A stretch of 59,311 bases of DNA, taken from the IMG/VR virus record IMGVR_UViG_3300047457_000862, positions 1 to 59,311 of that record. One strand, written 5' to 3'. Both the position numbers and the translations under genes were made by a program. The notes under the pieces are model-generated. The model saw only the letters and a program-made list of their open reading frames with translations, searched no databases and was not told the origin of the DNA. This document shows, one piece after another, positions 1 to 9,907 of this stretch (position 1 is its first letter; each line of letters begins with the position of its first letter). The stretch comes from a virus (taxonomy: Duplodnaviria > Caudoviricetes).

Positions 1-803
1 AACGTCACTTCTCCGTCTCCCGGCACCGGACTGTCTCCGCCCTCGGCGCTGGTTCCGATGAATGTGTCCACGTAATGCAGCCCACCGCCAACCCCGCCAG
101 GTCCAGGAGGAATATTATAGGTGTATCCAGGATACGGCTCAATGTAGATCCTGATCTTTCCAGTATCCTCCGGGGTGGAGTTGAATACCTTGACGGTCGC
201 AGTGACGTCAAAAGAGAACACCCCGTCGAACGTCGCGCCGTTCAGCCCCATGTCTGCGGGCGACACGTAACCGGGAAGGCTTGTCGAGGCATAGACCGCG
301 AATACATCCAGCTCGCACGCGTAGTGATTATTCGGAGGCAGAACCGATGGAGATACGGAGGGAAAACTCTCATCGCAGCTTTCCGGGCAGGCCGGGCACC
401 GCATCACTTCCTGCCCGCCCCCATCGCGGACGACAATCCACATATCCAGGCTGAGGTCGTTAAGGCAAGCCCCACAAGGCTCGCCGGAGCCGAACAATTC
501 ATCGCGAGTGAATACTATCTCTCCTACATCTCCAGAAACAGTAGCATCCGGAGTTCCATCCACGCCCGACAGATATGCCTCAACAGTCACCTCCGAGGCA
601 GTTGTAGCACCAGCCCTATCGAGAACACACCTTGGAAGCGGAAGCGGCCATCTCAACGTGACGCTTTGAATCCCAACACATGAAGCAAGGCCGGAGACGG
701 TGCCGCGCTGCACTGTGCTTTTAAGCGCAAACTTCGAGCAGCAGCAGTCAGCAAGTGGGTCGCACGGGTCCAGGCAAGGGTCGGAGCATTTAGAAAGCCT
801 CAT
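1..803 (-). CDS. Cys-rich putative tail/virion protein, truncated at window start (not in ORF track)
   Basis: ATG at 803 overlaps the stop of 800..1486. Hand translation MRLSKCSDPCLDPCDPLADCCCSK... stays open to position 1; lies in the tail module. Confidence 0.7.
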   Translation of the reverse strand, partial: MRLSKCSDPCLDPCDPLADCCCSKFALKSTVQRGTVSGLASCVGIQSVTLRWPLPLPRCVLDRAGATTASEVTVEAYLSGVDGTPDATVSGDVGEIVFTRDELFGSGEPCGACLNDLSLDMWIVVRDGGGQEVMRCPACPESCDESFPSVSPSVLPPNNHYACELDVFAVYASTSLPGYVSPADMGLNGATFDGVFSFDVTATVKVFNSTPEDTGKIRIYIEPYPGYTYNIPPGPGGVGGGLHYVDTFIGTSAEGGDSPVPGDGEVT

Positions 804-1486
804 GGAGCCTCAGTAGAAGTCGCGCCAGGACCAGGAAGCAATGCGAAAATTTTATCCCCGTCCACGCACGTCTCCACGACCACAAGATGCGTATTCGTAA
901 GCTGAGCGATCACGAGATCATCCCCGAGGACTGGGTATTCACCAGTGTCGCTGTCTGCCGTGCTGGCCTTGCCCGTCTTCGCGGTCCTCACCTCGGCAAT
1001 CGGATGATACCACTCATTCCAAACCGTGCTTCCAGTGAACTCATATCGGGATGGATACGCGGTCCATCCATTCGCGGATGGGACGCCCTTCTTGAGCACG
1101 CATGAAGTGATTGCCCCGCTCGCGTTGAACTGAGCCATGATCCACACCTTATGGGTCGCCTTCAGCTCGATCTCGGTATCAAGATCCGTGATCGTGACAG
1201 AATCCTCCGAGTCGCTCAGCGGAGTGATCGTGCCCCATGCGACCTCCACCTTGCGGGTGTCGTTCGTTCCCTGCTTCATCCCCAGATCAATGATCTGGAA
1301 CGGGTGGTAGTCCCTACGAGCAACGAACCCTTTATCGCGAACGAGCTCCTGCTGGGATTCAATCAGCGCACGGATTGCGTCCTGGAGGGCATTTATCCTC
1401 GCTGCGGTGACGACTTTCGTGAGTCGCTCGCCTGATTTTACTCTCGTCAACTCGGCGAGAAGCCCGCTGTTAAGACGCCCTGCCAT
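800..1486 (-). CDS. putative minor tail protein
   Basis: 228 aa, in overlapping operon downstream of the tape measure gene. Confidence 0.55.
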   Translation of the reverse strand: MAGRLNSGLLAELTRVKSGERLTKVVTAARINALQDAIRALIESQQELVRDKGFVARRDYHPFQIIDLGMKQGTNDTRKVEVAWGTITPLSDSEDSVTITDLDTEIELKATHKVWIMAQFNASGAITSCVLKKGVPSANGWTAYPSRYEFTGSTVWNEWYHPIAEVRTAKTGKASTADSDTGEYPVLGDDLVIAQLTNTHLVVVETCVDGDKIFALLPGPGATSTEAP

Positions 1487-2243
1487 AGAGTTCCACCTTC
1501 CATCCTGTGCGCGAGCTGGCCTTCCACTCGGTCGTGTGCTGGTAGGCTGCTCCGCGCTTTTTCTGGCTCGTTCCCATGTTCAGCCAGTTGCGCCCATCCG
1601 GGAGGGCTGGCACGGGACCCTCCGGCTTATCAATCTTCCCGGCCTTCATGATGTCGGAAAGGGTGTCTTTCTTCATCACCGTCTTGCGCCAGATAACGGA
1701 GCACGCATCGAGGTAGTTCTCGATCCCAGCGAACGGATTCTGTGCGTCTCCGATCATGTTTGAGAACTTATAGAACTCGTAATTCGCGTCCGAAGGAGGA
1801 TTCCCCTGGAGAGGGCCATACGAATCATTATGGTTTGAAACATGCCTCCAGATCGCACCGTTCAATCTAGCCGTAGGCTTTCCGGCGATTTTCGTGTCGA
1901 AATCCGGGTGCGTCTCGATCGGCTGGCTCTCCACGCCGATGATCAACTCGTACTCGGGGACATCCAGCTCCTCGGACGATACGCCCTCGTAGGAGCAGCG
2001 AGCGACCGCGAACGGACCGGAGATATCCACTTCACGCTCGACCATCCGAATGTAAGACCACAGCGGATGCGGAGACCCCCTGCGCGGAAGCTGATCCCAT
2101 CGGTCAGAACGGATCGTCCACTCGGCGGTGCATGTATCCACGCCCTTTGAATCAGTCTTCAGGGTTCCGACGCGGCTCAAGATGAGCCCCTGGTTCCCGT
2201 GGAACTCGATGTTGTTTGCGCTTTTTACTCCTGAGATCTTCAT
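1470..2243 (-). CDS. putative distal tail/baseplate hub protein
   Basis: 257 aa, directly after tape measure; QPIETHPDF motif seen in phage post-TMP proteins. Confidence 0.55.
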   Translation of the reverse strand: MKISGVKSANNIEFHGNQGLILSRVGTLKTDSKGVDTCTAEWTIRSDRWDQLPRRGSPHPLWSYIRMVEREVDISGPFAVARCSYEGVSSEELDVPEYELIIGVESQPIETHPDFDTKIAGKPTARLNGAIWRHVSNHNDSYGPLQGNPPSDANYEFYKFSNMIGDAQNPFAGIENYLDACSVIWRKTVMKKDTLSDIMKAGKIDKPEGPVPALPDGRNWLNMGTSQKKRGAAYQHTTEWKASSRTGWKVELYGRAS

Positions 2244-4996
2244 TCGATGACAAGGGCCTTCGCGCGATCGGCAGCCTGCGTGATGGACTTAAGTGACTTA
2301 TTCAAGTCACTGAGCAAATCGACCTGTTCCTGCGCGAGATCCTCCATACTTGCGTAGCTTGTGGCAACCCCTCCTCCAGCGCCGATGCTCCTCATGGAGT
2401 CGGCAACAGTGGCGCTCTGGGCCGCAATGTAGTCCTCCTTAGCCCGTATTTTTGTATCCTGAATCACCGAGGCTTCAGCAGCGACCTGAGCCTCCATTGG
2501 GCTCATACCGGCTGCCAGGTTGCTTCGATAAGCATCGAGCGCAGCCGCCGCGTTCCTTACCCTGCGGGCACCCTTGAAGTCCCCATCGAGCTCCATTTGC
2601 TTGATCTGGCCGGAATATCCTCTCGCCATGTTATCCATCGTGAAGTCGCGAGCCTCCATGCCTCCCTCGCGAATGAGTCCCTGCTTCTCAAGCCGAAGTT
2701 CGTTCACCCTGCTCGTGTCGCCGCGCCCCTTGGCGGAGGCCATCTGCCTATCCAGCTCCTTGATCCTCAACTTTCGGGCGTCCTGATTGCGCTGATAGCC
2801 CTCTGACTCAAGGCCAGCGATATCAGCAGCCGAGCTCTGCTGGGCATATCGCTCGCTCATATCCCTACGGGCCTGCTCCTGCTCCGCCGTGAGAGCCTGG
2901 ATACTAGCCTCAGTTCCCTCCAGGTTCTTCTCGCGGTCCTTCGCGATACCGTGCTGCTTGAGATATCTCTGATCCCTGGTCTTGCGGAACATCGCCATTG
3001 CTTCCGTGCTAGTGAGCTGATCGATTGGTTTATTCATCGTCTCCGCGCTCATTCCAACCATCGCGCGATCTGCCTGTGCCTTCGCGAGAGCCACCTTCAT
3101 CTCAGTCTTCTTATCCACGGATACATTCCCACTGTTTGCAAGTTTGTTCTCGGCGCGCTTGACCGCAATATCGGCCTCCTTCTGCTGCGCTGAATACCGC
3201 TCCTCGGCCCTCACTCCAGTTGCGGCGAGATTCGCCTCCTTTCTGAGTTCAGCCAGTCTCTCGTTGCGCAAAACAGCCTGTGCCTCCGGAGATGATGCCG
3301 ACATCTTCTCCTGATACGCCTGCTCCCTTCTCGCTTTCGAGCGCGCTGCTGCGTCCACCTGCCCTTGTATCTCGGCGTCCTCAAGGAAGAACTTGCCTCG
3401 CGACCTCTCTACGGCAGCCTTCGATGACTTTTTGGCGTCGTCGAGCGAGATCTTCGCCTTCTTGATCTCATCCTTGTCGCCGCCAGCCACAGCCTTATCG
3501 TAAGCCTCCTGCGCGTCCGTGACGTTCGCGAGAGCCTCCGCGAGCTTGTCGTGCATCTGGGAGAGTGTTTCCACCTCACCAATCTGCTTCCTCATGGCAT
3601 CCCCGGACTTCTTCACCTCTGCCTCGAACCTGGCCATTTCATCCGCCGCCTTCTTCGAGCTATTGTACCAGTCCTTGATTGCGCCAACCAGGGCGAGCAC
3701 CATTGAGGCGAGCGTAAAGAACGCCATCGCCTTCATTGCCACGCTCAGCAGCGTTAGGGCTACGCGAACAAGCCCGACCTTTGCGGAAAGCTCGATTGCC
3801 TGGCCAGCCATCTTCTTCGCCCAGCCAATCCAACCGCCCATTGCCGTCCCGCTTTGCACAAGGGACGCTCCGTATGCCCTCATGCTGGCAGTAGCCACCA
3901 CTACGTTTGCGGATGACGCCTTGGCGGCCTTCCCGAGCTCCCAGAACCACGACACGAGCTTCGCGCCGCCCCATGCGGACACTACCGCTGCGAGTGCCAC
4001 GAAGGCCCCGACGACAACCTTGATGGCGGCCTGGAATGGACCGAATTGCGCGATCGCTTTCACGACCGATGACGTCGTGGTCGAGAACCCGTTGAACAGA
4101 ATCGCCAGTGCGTCGGAAACCGTCTTCACGACCGGAGCGAGAGCATTCAGGGCCGCGGTGTAATTCTTCGTGTTCTCAACGTCATCCGCGACCCACGCAG
4201 ATCCAGCCCCCTCGGCCATCCTCTTCTTCGCAGCCTCGAAAGCCTCCGTGGCGATGCGAACCTCCTCGGTCGCCCCGGACATTCCGCCCTTGAAGTCCTC
4301 GATCGATTGCCTGGCCTGATCCATGACTTCGCCCATCGTGGCCCCGGTGCGCTGAAGCTCCGCGAGCCGCTCGGCCGACTGCGCGGACACCATGTTCATC
4401 GCACGCATCTCTTCGGTAACGCCGGAGATCGCCCCGCCCTCCCTGAGCGTTGCGTATAGCCTGGCGGTGACGTCCGCAAGGTCATCGATCGACTCACCAG
4501 TGAAGTGAGCGATGTCGGCGAGCTTGTCGATGTCCTTGGCTGTGCCCATCGCGCCGCGGGAGAGCACCATCAGGTTCTTCGCAGCATTCGCCACTGAGTC
4601 GAACCGCAGCCCGCGCGAGTTGGCCAGATTCGTGAGCTCAGCCACCTTGCGCTTCGCCTGCTCTGCCCCTCCAACAAACGGAGCGAACACCTTCTGGAGC
4701 TCCTGCATCTTCGCGAGCTTCTTCAATGCGGCCTCAAGCGATCCGGTGCTGGCGAGAACAGACTTCAGGCCCTTGCCCATCCCGGAGAACATATTCGCAA
4801 ACGAGGCGTGAATGACATACCTCGCACCGACGATGTTCTTCAGAATATTCCAGATCGACTTCAGCCTATCCTCACCGGTGGCGAGGTTCTTCAGATCGTC
4901 AGCCATGAAGACAAAGCCGAGCCCAGCCCCCATCGGGGTCTTCAAATCCTTCATGCCCTGCTTGGCATTGTCCTTGATGAAATCACCGAGTCCCAT
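2240..4996 (-). CDS. tail tape measure protein
   Basis: 918 aa, Ala-rich, helical/coiled-coil with central hydrophobic segments; canonical position. Confidence 0.85.
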   Translation of the reverse strand: MGLGDFIKDNAKQGMKDLKTPMGAGLGFVFMADDLKNLATGEDRLKSIWNILKNIVGARYVIHASFANMFSGMGKGLKSVLASTGSLEAALKKLAKMQELQKVFAPFVGGAEQAKRKVAELTNLANSRGLRFDSVANAAKNLMVLSRGAMGTAKDIDKLADIAHFTGESIDDLADVTARLYATLREGGAISGVTEEMRAMNMVSAQSAERLAELQRTGATMGEVMDQARQSIEDFKGGMSGATEEVRIATEAFEAAKKRMAEGAGSAWVADDVENTKNYTAALNALAPVVKTVSDALAILFNGFSTTTSSVVKAIAQFGPFQAAIKVVVGAFVALAAVVSAWGGAKLVSWFWELGKAAKASSANVVVATASMRAYGASLVQSGTAMGGWIGWAKKMAGQAIELSAKVGLVRVALTLLSVAMKAMAFFTLASMVLALVGAIKDWYNSSKKAADEMARFEAEVKKSGDAMRKQIGEVETLSQMHDKLAEALANVTDAQEAYDKAVAGGDKDEIKKAKISLDDAKKSSKAAVERSRGKFFLEDAEIQGQVDAAARSKARREQAYQEKMSASSPEAQAVLRNERLAELRKEANLAATGVRAEERYSAQQKEADIAVKRAENKLANSGNVSVDKKTEMKVALAKAQADRAMVGMSAETMNKPIDQLTSTEAMAMFRKTRDQRYLKQHGIAKDREKNLEGTEASIQALTAEQEQARRDMSERYAQQSSAADIAGLESEGYQRNQDARKLRIKELDRQMASAKGRGDTSRVNELRLEKQGLIREGGMEARDFTMDNMARGYSGQIKQMELDGDFKGARRVRNAAAALDAYRSNLAAGMSPMEAQVAAEASVIQDTKIRAKEDYIAAQSATVADSMRSIGAGGGVATSYASMEDLAQEQVDLLSDLNKSLKSITQAADRAKALVIE

Positions 4997-5639
4997 TGTT
5001 CTCCTTTTCTAGTTTCTCCTTCAGCTCCTCCTGGTACTGCATCTCCTGCTCGCCGAGGAGGTCGATGTCGTTCCCCAGTATCCGCTGGTGCATCATCAGA
5101 TACCACGAAATCTTCCCCATTGGCAGATTCCACACATACTCCTCGCTCCACCCGCTGAACGCGATCACGGAAGCAGCCTCCTCCAGCTCTTGAGGGGCTC
5201 GCTCCCTGCGCGCCCCGGTCGCCCCAGTCTTCGGGATGATTGAGTATTCCGGCTTCTGGATGTAATCCCCGCAGTATTCGTAGAACTGCTCCGCGACCTT
5301 CGCGAGAGCGCGCTGGTAAGGATTCAACCCCGCCTCATTCTTGGGGTTTTTCGACAGGAGGGCCACCGCGATAGCCTTGACCATGATTAACGCCGGGACG
5401 AGCCACGGGCGACGCACCTTGCTATGTCCGTATGCGAGCTGGCAGACACCAACCGCGGTTCGAAGATCGAAGAACGTGATATCCCCGCCGACGAGCAAGG
5501 GGTTGTCCAGCGTCCGAAGCAGAAGTCGGTGCCAGAGACAAAACCGCCGCAGCTTTTTCCCTAGAACCCGATGCGGAGAGAATTCCCCTCCGTCCGAGTT
5601 GTCGATGAAAGCTGCGGCGAATGTAGGATGAACGGGCAT
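4983..5639 (-). CDS. putative tail assembly chaperone
   Basis: Immediately upstream of TMP; GWSEEYVWNLP resembles the chaperone GWsxxeIxxL motif. Confidence 0.55.
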   Translation of the reverse strand: MPVHPTFAAAFIDNSDGGEFSPHRVLGKKLRRFCLWHRLLLRTLDNPLLVGGDITFFDLRTAVGVCQLAYGHSKVRRPWLVPALIMVKAIAVALLSKNPKNEAGLNPYQRALAKVAEQFYEYCGDYIQKPEYSIIPKTGATGARRERAPQELEEAASVIAFSGWSEEYVWNLPMGKISWYLMMHQRILGNDIDLLGEQEMQYQEELKEKLEKENNGTR

Positions 5640-5654
5640 CGCTACCCGGCCTCC

Positions 5655-6029
5655 TTACAGTTCCGTGAGCGTGACGGAGATATCCAGCGACTCGCTCGGG
5701 GTTGCGTAGATAGTCGCCCCCGCGGCTGGCTTGAACAGCGTGAATTCACCAGGGAGCAGCGCTGCGATTGTATTCGTCGCGTCCGCACTTTGGTTGTCGT
5801 AGTGAATCGTAACGGTCCCAGTAGTGCTCCGGTTGATGATGAGCACGAATCCTCCGAGAGTGATGTCCGGGCCGACCGTGACTGCTTCGCGAGTGGTCCC
5901 GCTGAGCGACTGAATGCCCTGGTAGAATGAGTTTCCGGATAGATCTACCGAAATGGATTTCGATCCTGATGCGGAAACCCCTCCAGAGGTGATCGAAAGG
6001 GATGCTGATGCTTGGATTTCGTTGGCCAT
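5655..6029 (-). CDS. small beta-rich virion structural protein
   Basis: 124 aa, Ser/Thr-rich, between tail tube candidate and chaperone. Confidence 0.5.
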   Translation of the reverse strand: MANEIQASASLSITSGGVSASGSKSISVDLSGNSFYQGIQSLSGTTREAVTVGPDITLGGFVLIINRSTTGTVTIHYDNQSADATNTIAALLPGEFTLFKPAAGATIYATPSESLDISVTLTEL

Positions 6030-6034
6030 AATGA

Positions 6035-6439
6035 TTAAGCGATAGTTGATGCAGGAGTGACGCCAGCTACGGACATCACGTTGAGAGTGACTTCGACGAA
6101 CTCGCCTTTCGGGCGCGGCTCGCTGATTCCGGTCACGATGAAGTGGCGATTCACGCCATTGATCGTGAAGTTGAAGTAGGTCGCGATGTCGTTCGAGCCA
6201 CCAGTGCCGGATCCCAGCGTGGTGAGGATGTAGCCAGTGAACGATCCTGTGATCTTCCGGTATGTTTTCTTCGACAGAGCGATCGACTCGGTATGGCCTT
6301 CACCATCCTTCGCCTCCGCGAGAACTTCAGGTTCGAAAGTGAGCTCAGCGCGACGCGCGGAGAATCCGGTGATCGTCGGAGCGTTCGCTGCCGTGAAACC
6401 GAAAACGTATTGGTTGCCGTGGACTTCGTAGTTCGCCAT
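6035..6439 (-). CDS. putative major tail (tube) protein
   Basis: 134 aa, beta-rich, after tail completion genes; preceded by GTTGACA-N14-ATG motif. Confidence 0.55.
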   Translation of the reverse strand: MANYEVHGNQYVFGFTAANAPTITGFSARRAELTFEPEVLAEAKDGEGHTESIALSKKTYRKITGSFTGYILTTLGSGTGGSNDIATYFNFTINGVNRHFIVTGISEPRPKGEFVEVTLNVMSVAGVTPASTIA

Positions 6440-6459
6440 GACCTGTAATCAGGTGTCAA

Positions 6460-6876
6460 CTACCCTCCGGCCCCGCAGACGAACTTGATGATATCCGCAT
6501 GACACTGCGATTCCGAGTCCGTAGTGCTGGACATTCCTGTGATGTGGATTCCGTGGAACGAGTATGCCGCGTTCACGACCTCCGCAGGGATGCTGTCCAA
6601 TGCGCCGTAGATGCTCCGAGAGAGCGTTGCATGGGCCTGGCTGCTGATGTCCGCTACGTGCGTGATGACCTGGACAGATCCCGTGAGGAGCCACGTCCCC
6701 TCGTGCTGCATGACTTTCTCAGCGTCAACGATGGCGACCACCGACAGCGGAGGCTCCACTTCATCCTTGTTCGCAAATGCGGTCCCTCCGAAGAACGGAT
6801 AGAAGGGGTGCCCGCTGACTGCCGCGGACAACTTGCTGATGATGTGCAGTTCCGTAACTCGCTTGATGTCGCTCAT
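6460..6876 (-). CDS. putative tail terminator/completion protein
   Basis: Start MSDIKR at 6876 overlaps the upstream stop; size and synteny. Confidence 0.5.
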   Translation of the reverse strand: MSDIKRVTELHIISKLSAAVSGHPFYPFFGGTAFANKDEVEPPLSVVAIVDAEKVMQHEGTWLLTGSVQVITHVADISSQAHATLSRSIYGALDSIPAEVVNAAYSFHGIHITGMSSTTDSESQCHADIIKFVCGAGG

Positions 6877-7205
6877 ACTTTTACTCCGGCAGGCCCGCAT
6901 ACGACCATCTGGGTGTCGTTACCATCCTTCTCGATGCCTGTGACCCGAAGGCGCTTCCCGCGCACCACGACGACGCAGCCGTCCACGAGCCCCGATGTGG
7001 CGATCACGGTATCCTTGACCCACATGACCACCTGGCTGTCGTTCTTCATGCCGCCCGGGGCAAGCGTCGCGTTGATCTGGAGGTTGTCAATGCTGATCGC
7101 AGAGTAGGTTCCAAGGTTCCCGTTCTTCACGATCTCGAACGTCTCCGCGCAGGACGCGGCCATCGCCGCGTTGCCCTCATTCATTCCATCGTCAAACTCC
7201 GACAT
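6873..7205 (-). CDS. putative head-tail joining (head closure) protein
   Basis: ~110 aa after MCP; beta-rich C-terminus; start set by GTTGACG-N14-ATG. Confidence 0.55.
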   Translation of the reverse strand: MSEFDDGMNEGNAAMAASCAETFEIVKNGNLGTYSAISIDNLQINATLAPGGMKNDSQVVMWVKDTVIATSGLVDGCVVVVRGKRLRVTGIEKDGNDTQMVVCGPAGVKV

Positions 7206-7232
7206 GCCTTGTCGCAAAACGTCAACTCCCTG

Positions 7233-7272
7233 AAAAGCAGAACGGGCTGTTCGGTTTCCCGAACAGCCCGTT
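7233..7272 (-). terminator. intrinsic terminator after major capsid gene
   Basis: Perfect stem AACGGGCTGTTCGG/CCGAACAGCCCGTT with 4-nt loop, short T run on the minus strand. Confidence 0.75.
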
Positions 7273-7290
7273 TATTCTCCCCAGAATGTC

Positions 7291-8289
7291 TTACGACGCG
7301 GAGTAGTTGGTCGTGATGAGCTCCATCGCCTTAGAGTTCACAACCTTGATCACGCGGTTGCTGCGGACGCGGAGCACCGAACTCCGGCGCTTCTCGTCAC
7401 GGTAGCTCTCGCTGGTGAAGAGACCACCGGGACTGTCTGCGTCCCAAACAATCGTGCGACCCACGCCGCCGTTCATGAAGTCACCATCAGCGAATCGGCC
7501 GATAGCGATGTAATCGTTGCCCCACACGGGAGCGAGATTCGAAGTGAGCCCCTTGGCTGCGAGGTCCACCGACTTCTTGCCGATGACGAGTCGGCTGAGA
7601 CCGAACGCCTGAGCAAACATTTGCTCGGTGATCATCGATCCGCCCTGGCTCACGTTGAGGAAGCCATACACGTAGGTCTGCATCTTCGTCGAGCGACGGA
7701 TCTGATTCCAGAGCGTCAGCGACATGACCACGGTGTCCGGTGGCTCGCCCTTGAGAGTCAGGCGCTCGATGGCCGCATTGATGTCATACGGGCAGTCGAT
7801 CGTCGCGATGAGCGTCTCGGTGTAGTTCACCTTCGGGTTCGTCGCGGTGAACGTGCTGGCGTTCATGATCGTCGCGGCGCACTCCATCTCGTAGTCGAGC
7901 ATCAGGGCGTTGCCGAGCGTCTTGGCCGTAACGACCTCCGCATCGAAGAAGGAAGCCATGCGGCTCGCCACAACATCGTCAACGCGCTCTTCGAGACCGT
8001 ATTCCTCGGTCTGGAAGCTGTCCCATGTGAACTTGCGGTCGATCTCGTTGTAGGTGCCGGTCTGGCCGCGCTTCGTCGAGCTGTTGAAGGTCGAGGCCGC
8101 ACTCGGGTTACGACCCGCGCGAAGCAGCTCGCTCTCCTGCGTGGTGAACTTCGGATAGCGACCGACTTCGGTGGGGCTGTTGTATGTCGGCAACAGAAGA
8201 TTGCCGATATACAGCCCTTCCTGGCCGACTGCCTCCATGAGAACGGTCGAGATGTCCGACCTTGGGATTGAATCAACGGTGTTGAACAT
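7291..8289 (-). CDS. major capsid protein (lambda gpE-like, HK97 fold)
   Basis: 332 aa after decoration and protease genes, followed by a terminator; PDTVVMS motif. Confidence 0.85.
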   Translation of the reverse strand: MFNTVDSIPRSDISTVLMEAVGQEGLYIGNLLLPTYNSPTEVGRYPKFTTQESELLRAGRNPSAASTFNSSTKRGQTGTYNEIDRKFTWDSFQTEEYGLEERVDDVVASRMASFFDAEVVTAKTLGNALMLDYEMECAATIMNASTFTATNPKVNYTETLIATIDCPYDINAAIERLTLKGEPPDTVVMSLTLWNQIRRSTKMQTYVYGFLNVSQGGSMITEQMFAQAFGLSRLVIGKKSVDLAAKGLTSNLAPVWGNDYIAIGRFADGDFMNGGVGRTIVWDADSPGGLFTSESYRDEKRRSSVLRVRSNRVIKVVNSKAMELITTNYSAS

Positions 8290-8313
8290 AGCTTATAGAG
8301 TGAGTGATTGGAC

Positions 8314-9036
8314 TTAGATCGCGGCCTTCAGGACGACGAAGTTGATTGCCATTGCGGCGTTGAGTGCGTTGGACGCGTGGACGTTTGTGATAACCACATC
8401 GAAGGTGCCAGCGGTGACATTCACGACGCTCAGCATCGGAGTTCCCGCACCGTTGTAGGTGGTCGAAAGCGCGATTACGTCGCGAACACCAACGCGGGTG
8501 TTCGTAACCGTGAACCGCTCCTCCGCCGCTGCCGCGGTGGTGAGGGCGACTGTGGTGATGACGCCGGACAAGCCGCTTGCGGTAACTCCGGTCGAAGCGC
8601 TCGTCGCCTGCGTGACGTCGGCACCAGTTCCCAGCGAAGCCCCGCTCGCGCCAGAGAAGAGGATTGCGCGGAACACACCGCCATCCGAGCTGGCAGGAAT
8701 CGCATCGACTGCGATACCGATGACTTCGCCAGCAACGCGTTTCACAACGCGGCCGTCTGTCGGGTCCTGCTCCAGTTCATCGCCCATGGCGATCGCGGTG
8801 CTGTTTCCGCACGTGACGAAGTGGAGGCCATTTCCTGCGGACAGGAAGACGTCGCACGCCATTCCAACCGCGGAACCGGACTCCTTCTTTGCGTTTCCAC
8901 GAAGCAGTGTGCCGATCGGGCGGTCCGTGATGGATGCGCACAGATTGACTCCGGTGCTCGTGAGCTTCACGAGAACATGCTCGTAGGCCGACAGGTCAGC
9001 CGCCACTGGCAGCGAGATTACATTGGATGTGTTCAT
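8314..9036 (-). CDS. capsid decoration/cement protein (DUF2190-like N-domain plus beta-rich C-domain)
   Basis: AIAMGDEL..GRVV..IGIAV cement motif; second domain begins VTQATSASTGVT; position just before MCP. Confidence 0.7.
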   Translation of the reverse strand: MNTSNVISLPVAADLSAYEHVLVKLTSTGVNLCASITDRPIGTLLRGNAKKESGSAVGMACDVFLSAGNGLHFVTCGNSTAIAMGDELEQDPTDGRVVKRVAGEVIGIAVDAIPASSDGGVFRAILFSGASGASLGTGADVTQATSASTGVTASGLSGVITTVALTTAAAAEERFTVTNTRVGVRDVIALSTTYNGAGTPMLSVVNVTAGTFDVVITNVHASNALNAAMAINFVVLKAAI

Positions 9037-9070
9037 TGATTGAGAATTTCCTTTGGTTCGAGTTCGTGGA

Positions 9071-9907
9071 TTACGACTGCATCCGGATCACCCGGCGACC
9101 CTGGCTTTGGAGCCAGTCAGCGTGGAGCGCCGCACCACCCGGCTCCTTCATCGCGAAGTGAATGGCATTTGCCTCGGAGCACTTCTGCGTGTCGCGAATT
9201 TCCTTCACGAGCTGCTGGAAGGCATGAAGCTCGCCGTTGCCGTTTGCGGAGAAGAGTCGAACGCCGTTCTCCACGCCAGCCGCTACCGGACGAGTTCCAG
9301 TGTTGAGAGCGATTTCGAGAGCTTCGTTCTCGTTGACGAGGCGCTCGGCAAGCTCGATGGCCTGGTCGCGCTGCGCTGCGAGAGCGGTGATCTTCGACTG
9401 GACTTCACCGAACTGGATATCCTCGGCCACCTGCTGCTCCTTGGCGCGCTGCGCTTGAATCATCGAGCGGAGCTGGATGACTTCGTTGCGGAGTGCGCTG
9501 AATGCAGCACCACCAGCGGATGCGCCAGCAGCGGCTCCAGCACCAGCAGCGGCGGAGCCTTCGGCACCACCGGCTTCGCCGTAGTAGCCAGCGTAGTCGC
9601 CATCGCCCTCTTCGCCGCCAACTTCGCCTTCGCCCTCGCCTTCACCCTCGAACTGCGAGTTGAACTGATCGATGGCCGCGTTCACGTCGTCGCGCGTCAG
9701 GCCGATCTGAGCGAGCTCTTCGTCGGAAGCGTGGTTGAGAGCCTGAAGATCTTCGGGAGTGATTCCGTCTTGATCGGCACCCTGCTCATGCAGAGCGGAG
9801 ATTGCCTGCTCATGCGCGTCGAGGCGCTGATTGAGTCCGTTGATTGCGTTCAGAACATCTGCGATGCTCGGTTCGCCCTGTTGGTTTTGGTTAGTGTTTC
9901 CAGCCAT
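9071..9907 (-). CDS. nested in-frame scaffold protein (Nu3-like internal start)
   Basis: In-frame ATG at 9907 (MAGNTNQ) lies exactly 14 nt after GTTGACA, as for other late genes. Confidence 0.65.
   Translation of the reverse strand: MAGNTNQNQQGEPSIADVLNAINGLNQRLDAHEQAISALHEQGADQDGITPEDLQALNHASDEELAQIGLTRDDVNAAIDQFNSQFEGEGEGEGEVGGEEGDGDYAGYYGEAGGAEGSAAAGAGAAAGASAGGAAFSALRNEVIQLRSMIQAQRAKEQQVAEDIQFGEVQSKITALAAQRDQAIELAERLVNENEALEIALNTGTRPVAAGVENGVRLFSANGNGELHAFQQLVKEIRDTQKCSEANAIHFAMKEPGGAALHADWLQSQGRRVIRMQS

Noticed and set aside
75-683. 202 aa plus-strand ORF
   Set aside because: Shadow of the minus-strand gene starting at 803, which is coupled to the tail operon.
4983-6029. Programmed frameshift in tail chaperone genes
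   Set aside because: No convincing slippery sequence with an overlapping second frame before the TMP gene.
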